Positions 30,551-38,372 of a DNA stretch of 64,000 nt are shown piece by piece. Under the pieces are notes generated by a model that searched no databases, was not told where the DNA came from, and saw only the letters and a list, made by a program, of their open reading frames with translations. The stretch covers positions 9,827 to 73,826 of the IMG/VR virus record IMGVR_UViG_3300019889_000008. The stretch is one strand, 5' to 3'. Made by a program: the position numbers and the translations under genes. The stretch's first letter is position 1, and each line of letters opens with the position of its first letter. This DNA comes from a virus.

Positions 30551-32140
30551 TTACCGCCGGATGAAGTCGGCGATGACCGCGGGCGTATCGGCATCGAACC
30601 CCACCACGTCCAGCATGCCGCCATCGTTCGGGTCCGCGATCGTGAACCCGTTCGAAGTCATCGCGACGACCGCCAGCTTGGCAGCGATGCCGGTCTTGGT
30701 CCGGTACAGTTGCAGGGCCTGGACCGGGTGCATCCGGCCCGCATAGGTCTCCGCGTCCGTGTAGATCACGAAGGCGTCGACCTCCAGGCCGTGCTCCAGC
30801 GCATAGAGCATCGGAAGCGAGCAATCGGTGCTCTGGAACCCGAGCGTGCCCATGTAGCGGACCACGTCGCCGAGCCGCTGGCGGGGCGAGATCGCGAGCG
30901 GCATGAAGCCGCGCGAGAAGCCCATCAGGTGATAGTTCTGCTCGGTCGCCGCCGTCACGAGCGCCATCGCCGCCGCGCCCTCACGAGCGGTCAGCGAGGT
31001 GCCGGCGATCTTGTTCCCCTCCATGGAGCCCGAGACGTCGATGCCGAGCAGGAGGCGCTTGCCGGTCGGCTCGATGGTCCGGAACGCCGCATAGAAGCCG
31101 GCATCGAGCGCATCGACGATGCTCTGCACCGGCGCCCACGTGAGGCTCCCGCGCTCGCCATGGCCGCTCGCATAGGTCCGCTGCGCCAGCAGCAGGGCGA
31201 GCGGATGGACGCGGGCCGCCTTCAGCGCCGCCTCATCCTGCACGGTTCGGCAGACATGCATCGCCGCGTCGCCGAGCGGCTTCAGCAGCCCCACGGCCGT
31301 CATCTTGGCCAGCGACCGGATCATCGCCGTGAGCGGCATGCCCGAGAGCAGCGCAGCCCAGACCTCGACGCTGTTCAACGCCGGAATCGGCACCGCCTCG
31401 CGCGGCAGAGAATACGTCCGCACCAGAGCCGCGATCTCGCGCGACGGCACGCCCTCGACGTTCGCCTCCTCATAGCCGCGCACGATCGCCGGCAGGGCCT
31501 CTGCCGTCTTCTCCCGGCCGCAGATCCAATCGAACAGGGCACGCCGCTCCGCATCGTCGACCGCAGTCAGCGGGTGCGCGAGCCGCAGCAGATCTCGATG
31601 CGCCCAGCCGTCGCGCTGGCGATACTTCACGGCCTGGAGCGCCAGCCTGTCGATCGGCTTGCGGGCATACCAGTCGGCGAAGGCGCGCTTCGTGCCACGG
31701 CCCCAGCCGCCGAAAGCCTGAACAAAGTCGGCGGCGTGGAACAGATGGGTTCCAGTGCGGGCGACCTTGTGGAGCGCATCGCCGGCCGCGCGGCGGGTCC
31801 GGTCATCGCCGAGCTTCATTGCCATGGCGAGCGCGAACAGCGCCGGGTCGTTCTTCGGCGCCCGGCCCTCGACGCTGATCGCCACGATGGTCTCGACCGC
31901 GCGCAGGCCATCTGCCGCGATGCAACGCTCGACGGCGTCCGCGCTCTCACGGGTCAGCTTGCCCTCGTTGATGTAGAAGGTGCCGCCCTCGGAACCGAGG
32001 ATCAGGAACCGCTCCAGACGCATCCAGTCGTCGACCGGGAAGGCGTAGCCCCCAGCGGAGTTCGGCACGGTGCCCGCGATCGGCTCGGTCTGCGGGGTGG
32101 CTCCGCCGCGCCCGATGTGCCGGGCGAGGTACGACGTCAT
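30551..32140 (-). CDS. rsr: Ro60 / TROVE-domain RNA-binding protein (Rsr orthologue)
   Basis: NSAGGYAF..RFLILGSEGGTFY, KYRQRDGWAHRDLLRLAH, RVHP, vWA DVSGSM, TDCSLPM, DVVGFD; GGAGGG RBS. Confidence 0.96.
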   Translation of the reverse strand: MTSYLARHIGRGGATPQTEPIAGTVPNSAGGYAFPVDDWMRLERFLILGSEGGTFYINEGKLTRESADAVERCIAADGLRAVETIVAISVEGRAPKNDPALFALAMAMKLGDDRTRRAAGDALHKVARTGTHLFHAADFVQAFGGWGRGTKRAFADWYARKPIDRLALQAVKYRQRDGWAHRDLLRLAHPLTAVDDAERRALFDWICGREKTAEALPAIVRGYEEANVEGVPSREIAALVRTYSLPREAVPIPALNSVEVWAALLSGMPLTAMIRSLAKMTAVGLLKPLGDAAMHVCRTVQDEAALKAARVHPLALLLAQRTYASGHGERGSLTWAPVQSIVDALDAGFYAAFRTIEPTGKRLLLGIDVSGSMEGNKIAGTSLTAREGAAAMALVTAATEQNYHLMGFSRGFMPLAISPRQRLGDVVRYMGTLGFQSTDCSLPMLYALEHGLEVDAFVIYTDAETYAGRMHPVQALQLYRTKTGIAAKLAVVAMTSNGFTIADPNDGGMLDVVGFDADTPAVIADFIRR

Positions 32141-32167
32141 GATCCGTCCCTCCATGCTGGCGTGGGT

Positions 32168-32300
32168 GGTGCGAACGTGTTGTTTGGCAACCGTCGAGGT
32201 GCTCTACCACTGAGCTACGGCAGGCTTTCGCCCGACGACGGGATTCGAACCCGCGGCCACCCGCTTACGAGGCGATAACGATTACCAGTCGGCTCGCACC
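32168..32300 (-). ncRNA. yrlA: YrlA-type Y RNA (tRNA-mimic domain)
   Basis: Terminal stem GGTGCGA/TCGCACC; T arm (GCGGG TTCGAAT CCCGT) lies 5' of D arm (GCTC AGTGGTA GAGC); acceptor-like stem closed by GAAA; directly upstream of rsr. Confidence 0.9.
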
Positions 32301-32309
32301 CTATGGGGT

Positions 32310-32375
32310 GCCCCGAGCGTGTTGCTGGCGGTGGGTGTCATCATGCGAGATAACCCATTGCCTCCGGCTCAGAGC
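32310..32375 (-). ncRNA. Second, minimal Y RNA (Ro-binding stem only)
   Basis: GCTCTGAGC/GCTCGGGGC stem; shares GAGCCG..GTTATC and CAACACGYTC with the YrlA. Confidence 0.7.
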
Positions 32376-32645
32376 GCGGTCCTGCTACTGCGTTTTGGAT
32401 TTGGCCGCAATGCTGTTTCGTATTTCAGCCTGGCGTCGGCCTGGCCGGGCGCCTGACAAACCTCTTGCCCCTGCCCGGCGGCCATTCGGCAACACCTAGC
32501 TTCCCGAGGAGCCGCCGTAGGAAGCGATCCTCCCATCGGTCCTGCCAGATCCGATACGCAATCTCGGTCTTGAAGCCGGGCAGGAACCGGGCAGACCAGC
32601 GGTAATGCGCGCCAAAGCGCCGCCGTTTTTGGCTATGACTGGGCA

Positions 32646-33261
32646 TTATCTGGTGACCTCGTTCTTGCCGGCCGCCTTACGGCGCATCTGGCGCCTCCGG
32701 TGATTGGTCCGGTGCGGCTGCGCGGCTTTCTTGGAGATCCGCCTCCAGAGCCGCATGAAGATGTCATGGGGCCGGCTCCAATAGTTCTCGTTCCCAAGGA
32801 AGACCTGCATGGCGATCCAGGCCGCCCTGCGATGGTTCGACCCTTTCCGAACTTCTCTGACCCCGATCTCGACCGCTGCCGCTTCGCTGACGCCAGCGTT
32901 CGCAGGCTGATCCCTCGCAATCCTAAAGCGGCTGCGGTTCCTCCTCCGCCACTCCTTCTCTTCCGGTGTGCGCACTGGACCGGACGTGCCGTTCAGGCGC
33001 GCGAGCAGCTCGTCGATGGCTCGGTTACGGGTGGACATCGGTCTCGCCCCGCCAATAGGCCAGCGCGGCGCAGCGGTGGCGCTGTAGGGCCTTGGCGCGC
33101 TGGGCCTGGGCCACGGCGGCCCGGCGCTGCGCCTTGGCCTGTAGGGCCTTGCTGCGGCGGCGGGTGCGGTGACGCTTGGGGTGGCTGCGCTCCTGGCGGT
33201 TGTCCAGGAGCGCTTGCCGGGCCTCGTCGCTATTCGGATTGTCGAATGATCGGCGGGTCAT
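32646..33261 (-). CDS. Two very Arg-rich small hypothetical proteins (32646-33038, 33025-33261)
   Basis: Coupled ORFs, highly basic. Confidence 0.45.
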
Positions 33262-33270
33262 GACCGGAGA

Positions 33271-33347
33271 TGGAGGCAGGAAGCGGATTCGAACCGCTGA
33301 CCTTCAGGTTATGGGCCTGACGAGCTGCCGGGCTGCTCTATCCTGCC
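33271..33347 (-). tRNA. tRNA-Met(CAU), initiator-like body with G1-C72, C33 and U73
   Basis: GGCAGGA TA GAGC AGCCCGGCA GCTC G TCAGG CCCATAA CCTGA AGGTC AGCGG TTCGAAT CCGCT TCCTGCC T CCA. Confidence 0.92.
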
Positions 33348-33392
33348 TGCCGATCATATGCCAATGATGGCCGCGGCGGCAACAGCCGGGTC

Positions 33393-33935
33393 TCAGGCAC
33401 CGAACTCGTCGGTATAGTGCAGCAGCATATCGATGTAGGCATCGCCGTTGACCGACGACGGATTGGACCCGAGCAGCGCATTCTGGATGTCGCCGCGCGT
33501 GATGTAGCCGTCCGCATGGGACCAATCGACCCGGCCTGTCGCACGGAGCCGGCGCAGCGTTTCGATCGCCTCGGACAGCCTGATGTGCTCGAAAGCGTAG
33601 ACCCAGCCGCGATTGTCGTAACCGTGGAACAGTTGCTCCGCGCTCCTGCTGTCGAGCCCGAGCCATCGAGCGGCGACAATCGGGATCGCCCATCTCCCAT
33701 GAACGTCGCCAGTCCAAAAGCCCACCGGATCTGCCAGCAGGACAGCGTGGCCTGCCATGCAGGCCGGCGTTCCACATTCATCCGAGAGGCCGCACCAAGA
33801 GCCCATGAAGAACCGCGCTCGATGCCCGGTCACCGGGTCCAGCCACCCGGTCTCGCCCGCAGCTTGGACCTCTTCCATGTGGGCGATCAGGACGTCAAGA
33901 TTGGTCGTGGTGATGTTGAACGAACCATCGGGCAT
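33393..33935 (-). CDS. Phage hypothetical protein
   Basis: CGTPACMAGHA motif; GAGGAG RBS. Confidence 0.6.
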   Translation of the reverse strand: MPDGSFNITTTNLDVLIAHMEEVQAAGETGWLDPVTGHRARFFMGSWCGLSDECGTPACMAGHAVLLADPVGFWTGDVHGRWAIPIVAARWLGLDSRSAEQLFHGYDNRGWVYAFEHIRLSEAIETLRRLRATGRVDWSHADGYITRGDIQNALLGSNPSSVNGDAYIDMLLHYTDEFGA

Positions 33936-34217
33936 AGCTGGGCTCCTCTGTGAGCGGGCTAGGAGTAGATCCGGCGCCGCTGGTGATGGAACGGCATGTA
34001 GCCATAGAGCGGCCGGCGGGACGGCAGGCCCATGCGAAGGCGCCACCGATGGCGAGCAACGATCTGGGCCTGCTCCCGCTTTCGAGAGAAGGTCCGCCAT
34101 TCGTGCGCCAATCGCTCATGGAATGGCGTGTCGAAGTCGAGCAGCCGATCGTCTAGGCGAAACCGCAGCCGGCGCCTGAAGGGGATCAGCCGAAGGACAA
34201 CCATCTTCCCCTCGCGT

Positions 34218-35015
34218 CTATTCCTCGCCGGCCTTCATGGCTTCCACCATGAGCGCGGTCAGATCCCTTTTGCGGCTCGGCTTGCACTGGACCTTGATCA
34301 GGTCGACAGGGCCGCCGGGCACCTCGTCGTTGAACACCCCGACCACGATGCGTCCCGTGAACCATGCGAAGGTGTCCAGGTCGGTCCGGCCGGCATACAG
34401 CATCGGGCCCTCGGCGAACTGGTGATGCCCATGAACGACATGCCTGTCGCCGTGGCCCCGCTCGTCGTCGTCATCGTAGAGCTTCCACATGAGCACATGA
34501 GGGCTCTGCTCACCGAGCGAGACAGTGGGGTCGACGCCGGCATGGACGAACACCCGATGTTGAGTGACGCAGATCATCGGAAGGCCGTCGAGCCAATCGA
34601 GGTGCTCGACCGGCACGATCGCCCGGTCGGCTATCTCGCCGACCTTCTGGCCGTATGAGATCAGCGTCGCCCCGCCGCCGTTGACGATCCACCACCCGAG
34701 GTCGGCTTTCCCGGATGCGCATTGGACCATGATGTCCTCGTGGTTCCCCTTGAGGCAGATCCAAGTCCAGCCCGGCGACGGCCCGGCCATCAGCCGGTCG
34801 ATGATCTGCTTGCTCTGCGGGCCCCGGTCGACATAGTCGCCCAAGAAGACGATCGTGCCAGGCCGCTTTGCATCGGCCTCGATGGCGGCCAGCGCCGCCT
34901 CCAGGATGTCGAGGCGTCCATGCAGGTCCGCGATGGCATAGGTGTAGCCCCGCGGGGCCTGGAGGCCCGCCAGCAGCCGGTCGCGCATTTCGTGTGCGGA
35001 GATGGTCTTGGGCAT
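34218..35015 (-). CDS. Metallophosphoesterase (Ser/Thr phosphatase, NinI/PphA-like)
   Basis: DLHG, GDYVDRG, GNHE, HAG and HGH motifs. Confidence 0.92.
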   Translation of the reverse strand: MPKTISAHEMRDRLLAGLQAPRGYTYAIADLHGRLDILEAALAAIEADAKRPGTIVFLGDYVDRGPQSKQIIDRLMAGPSPGWTWICLKGNHEDIMVQCASGKADLGWWIVNGGGATLISYGQKVGEIADRAIVPVEHLDWLDGLPMICVTQHRVFVHAGVDPTVSLGEQSPHVLMWKLYDDDDERGHGDRHVVHGHHQFAEGPMLYAGRTDLDTFAWFTGRIVVGVFNDEVPGGPVDLIKVQCKPSRKRDLTALMVEAMKAGEE

Positions 35016-35038
35016 CGTCTCACCGGTGTGCAAAGATC

Positions 35039-35186
35039 GCCGCGGGCCGGGCGCTAATCCGGCCTCCCTCTTGAGCCGACCTGATTCTCTTCGGCCGGGC
35101 CCGGCCTCCAAGGATAGGGCTCCCGAACCTGTACAAAGGTGGGGCGCCTGAGACGGCGGCATGTCTGCTTCCCACGCTGCCGCGGC
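35039..35186 (-). ncRNA. tRNA-shaped structured RNA with non-canonical loops
   Basis: GCCGCGG/CCGCGGC closing stem; D-like hairpin GCGTG GGAAGCAGA CATGC; T-like hairpin GCCGG ATTAGCGC CCGGC. Confidence 0.5.
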
Positions 35187-35234
35187 CACGCCATCATATC
35201 CGAGATCGGGCACAGATCAATGCCCATTGCGTGG

Positions 35235-35323
35235 TGGTGGGCGCCCGAGGATTCGAACCTCACGCGGCCGACCCGTCTCGGATTGCGCGCCGGGTTTACA
35301 GCCCGGTGACGGGAAAGGCGCCC
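35235..35323 (-). tRNA. D-armless tRNA-Tyr(GUA)-like RNA
   Basis: GGGCGCC TTTCCCGTCA CCGGG CTGTAAA CCCGG [27-nt variable arm] TGAGG TTCGAAT CCTCG GGCGCCC ACCA. Confidence 0.8.
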
Positions 35324-35499
35324 CGAGAGGTTTGAGCGGGGAATACACACGGCAGCCCTCCCCGCCCGACACAGCTACCTCAGACCGCGTCCGGCCCTTG
35401 GACCACTGCGGCGCCCCCACCTCGGAGGGACCGCTGCTGAAGCCTACCCATCTGCCGAGAGAAGGCTTCCATCTCGCACTGCCACCTAGCCCGCATGGG

Positions 35500-35570
35500 A
35501 TCGGGCGGCTGGATTCGAACCAACGTTGCAGAGACCAAAGCTCTGTGTCCTACCGCTAGACGACGCCCGA
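35500..35570 (-). tRNA. tRNA-Gln(UUG)
   Basis: TCGGGCG/CGCCCGA acceptor; CAGAG CTTTGGT CTCTG anticodon arm; GTTGG TTCGAAT CCAGC; U73 followed by CCCA. Confidence 0.9.
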
Positions 35571-35579
35571 GCGGGAGGA

Positions 35580-35668
35580 TGGCGGAGGGCGGAGGAATCG
35601 AACCCCTAGCGCTGTCAACGCTACCCCGGTTTTCGGGACCAGTTGCCGGCCATTCAGCGGCGCCCTCC
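35580..35668 (-). tRNA. (8/4) allo-tRNA / tRNA-Ser(CGA)
   Basis: 8-bp acceptor GGAGGGCG/CGCCCTCC; 4-bp T stem GGGG/CCTC; G73 CCA; long variable arm; anticodon loop CCCGAAA. Confidence 0.88.
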
Positions 35669-35670
35669 AT

Positions 35671-35759
35671 TGGCGGAAGGGGAGAGGATCGAACTCTCGC
35701 GAGGACTGGCCCCGGCTCCCGGATAGCAACCGGGCGCATTACCGCTCTGCCACCCTTCC
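35671..35759 (-). tRNA. tRNA-Ser(GCU), canonical 7/5
   Basis: GGAAGGG/CCCTTCC GCCA; CCCGG TTGCTAT CCGGG; long variable arm. Confidence 0.93.
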
Positions 35760-36138
35760 AAAATCAGAAGGATGATCGACTCGATTGCTGTCGATATCGC
35801 AGGGCGTGGGTCATGTCGGCCATGTAGCACGGCGCCTTCGCGGAGTCTAGATCGGCCAGCAATCAGCCCGCCGGTCTCGGAGACTAGCGCCCCGCCCAAA
35901 AACGGCAATTATGCATTCGTTTTTGGATGCTGTCGTCTTAACCATTCGAGCCAAGAAATTATGAACAATCCCATATACAACATGGGCGGCGAGGTTGGTG
36001 GCGATCCGGTTGTCGATCAACTCGCCATCCTGCTACTCGTCGCATTGGTCGTGATCTTCATCGTCGGATATTGCTGGTGGTCGCGACGACTTTCCAGCCG
36101 TGGCGACCGCCCCCCGAAACCATGAGATCTCCGCTGGG

Positions 36139-36366
36139 TTAAGAGGGGGGCAACATTTCGTTGCGGAGCTTCCTCACGGTCTCCGCGAGCCTGTCTGCGG
36201 TCTCGCGGGCGGTGACCATCCGCTCCTCCATCCAGAGCAGCCGGTGGCACGCCTCCTCGACAAGCGAGAACCATCCCTGCTGTGGTGCATCGGCGGACGT
36301 CCGCACGAAGTCTAGGACCGCTTGCGCGTCGAACGTGTTTCGGTCCTGCTCGGGGAGCGTTCCCAT
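36139..36366 (-). CDS. Hypothetical protein (matches an internal domain of 25172-25756)
   Basis: LPEQDR..FDA..APQQGWFSLVEEACHR. Confidence 0.6.
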   Translation of the reverse strand: MGTLPEQDRNTFDAQAVLDFVRTSADAPQQGWFSLVEEACHRLLWMEERMVTARETADRLAETVRKLRNEMLPPS

Positions 36367-36827
36367 GGTGATCTCTCCTGGGGCGGCCGGAAGACGATGA
36401 CTTCAGCGGCCAGCGGGTTGAGGTAACGGAAGATCTCGGCGGCCACCAAGAGCCACGGCAGGCCACCCTTGCCGCAGCCAAGGGCTGGGACGCCGATGGA
36501 ATTGATGCCAAGCCGCTCGATCGTTGGGGCCAAGTGGCTCAACCCCCAGCCGATCCATTCGGGCCGGCTGGGCTTGCGCCACTCCCGCTTCGTCGGGAAA
36601 TGGATGACCCACCGCGGGTGCGAGCCGGAGCCACGGTCGAATTCGTGCAGGCGCCCCGGCTGCAACTGGCCAATGGCGCAGGCGGCCATGTAGGAGCGGC
36701 TCGCCTCGGGAAAGCGGTGCCGGAACTCCTTCGCCAGCCCAGCGCCCATCACGCCCTCGCAGTTCACGGGGTTGACCAGGGCCTCGGCGCCGCAGGCGAA
36801 GATGTCGCCGTCGCTGTATCGGATCAT
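36312..36827 (-). CDS. Macrodomain protein, DarG-like ADP-ribose hydrolase
   Basis: GDIF..ALVNPVNCEGVMGAGLA, IHFPTKREWRKPS, SIGVPALGCGKGGLPW. Confidence 0.9.
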   Translation of the reverse strand: MIRYSDGDIFACGAEALVNPVNCEGVMGAGLAKEFRHRFPEASRSYMAACAIGQLQPGRLHEFDRGSGSHPRWVIHFPTKREWRKPSRPEWIGWGLSHLAPTIERLGINSIGVPALGCGKGGLPWLLVAAEIFRYLNPLAAEVIVFRPPQERSPWERSPSRTETRSTRKRS

Positions 36828-36828
36828 C

Positions 36829-38081
36829 CTATCGCCTCCTCGGCGCCCGATGCCCGAGCGCCTTATAGAGCGCATCGCGGGTCTCGACGTCGTCTGGCCC
36901 GTACCGGAGCGAGTTGTTAAAGTGAGCCCCAAGCACCAGAGCAATCGCTCGAACTCCGGGCTCCAAATAGACGTACTGGACCCATCCGAAGACGGGCCGA
37001 CACGGGGTAGGAGGTTTTGGCAACCTCTCTTCCGTGATCCAGGTGGCCACTGCCGTCCCGCTCCGCCCGAGAAGCTTGGCCAACTCGGGCGGCGTGAACG
37101 TGAGCAATGATGCCCATTCGTCGTCGACATTGACCTCACGGACACTGCCGAAATCCATCAAGCGATCAAGTCGCAGCCGGGGATCATCGACGAACACGCC
37201 CGCACGCTCTCGATATGAGTCGCGAGCGCGCTCGGCGGTTCCAGAGCCATAAGCCTTGCGGCGCCGCCGGTTGTGCTCTTCGCCCCAATAGCGATCCTTC
37301 CGCTCTTCAGGCGTCAAGCCGCCGCGCGGGCCTGACCCGATGCCCAAGGATCGCCCGGGATGTTTCCCGTCTCGTTTCATCAGCGGGTGCTCAGGGGAAC
37401 ATACCGCTTGCTCGACACGTCGTACCGCATCAGGTCGGGGCACCGCGCTTTGATCTGTGACAGATCATGCGAGGCTTGGGCATAGGTGACCTCGCCGATC
37501 CGAACGATGTCGGCGCGGTTCAATGATCCGGTGCGCATGAGATGTTCAACGGCCTTGGCGAGGCGCACACGGACTCCTGGCCGTAGTCCGGCCCATGTCC
37601 CGCTCCCATCGCCGTTGTCACCTTCGGACGCCACGGCATCGCGCGACCGCTCCGCCTCGGTCAGGATCGCAAGAACGTCGGCGATCTTGAGCGTCGTATA
37701 GGTGACGCCAGGGATTGCTGCGTGGCTCTCGACGACCCGACGTATCTCTGCGAGATCGACCATCTCCGGATCAGTCCCGGCAGCCATTCAGATGGTCCGC
37801 TTGCTCGGCCAATCGCGGGGCATGTTCGTCGCCGCCCCCGGCACCTTGGTCGCCGAGGCGAGGTAGTCCATTCGGGTCCGGTCGCGACGGCCCTCGGCGT
37901 CGCGCTCGTTGTCCGACAGCGCGAGCCAAGCCGTCACCATGGCCCGATACACGTCGCCGAGGGTCTCTGGTGCTGGCAAGCCCAGCGCCGCCATACGGGC
38001 GAAGCAGCCGGGCTCCATGTCACAGGCATGCAGCACCATAATGGCGCCGTGCTGCTCGATCGCTTGTTCAACGGTAATCAT
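36829..38081 (-). other. Hypothetical genes 36829-37380, 37380-37787, 37788-38081
   Basis: Coupled ORFs; the first has an HTH-like segment ELAKLLGRSGTAVATWI. Confidence 0.5.
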
Positions 38082-38180
38082 CTGTCTCTCCGGGTTGCCT
38101 TATGGGGCCACAATACCGTGCCCAGCCCAAACGTTGAAGGGCCGCCTGGACAATGCCCGGCGGCCCTTTCCAAGCATCGC

Positions 38181-38350
38181 GGTTTGTAAGTCTCCGTGGA
38201 ACCCTATGGGCCGCCTTGGTCCCCGCATTTCGGTTTGTAAGGCCCAAGTCGTTGATATCGCTTAATTCAAGGGATACTGGAAGTTCTTCTACCCTGCCCT
38301 GTGTGCCGCAGAAATCCTGGAGTTTTTGGCAGGTTTGTAAAAGGTTTGTA
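38181..38350. mobile_element. Candidate attP (arm-type repeats plus IHF site)
   Basis: GGTTTGTA at 38181, 38232, 38332 and 38343; CAAGTCGTTGATA (WATCAAN4TTR on minus strand) at 38245-38257. Confidence 0.55.
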
Positions 38351-38372
38351 GAACAGGTCCCGTCCGCCGTTC

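Noticed and set aside
32190-32262. Ordinary tRNA gene or att-site tRNA fragment
   Set aside because: T arm precedes D arm and there is no anticodon loop or CCA; this fits YrlA instead
30401-32278. 625-aa plus-strand ORF
   Set aside because: Antisense shadow of the Ro60 gene
35016-35213. N-terminal extension of the phosphoesterase ORF
   Set aside because: Overlaps the structured RNA; the conserved domain begins after 35015
35187-35500. tRNA-associated HDV-like (theta) or hammerhead ribozymes
   Set aside because: Could not identify the nested pseudoknot or CUGANGA/GAAA cores by eye; a covariance search is needed to exclude them
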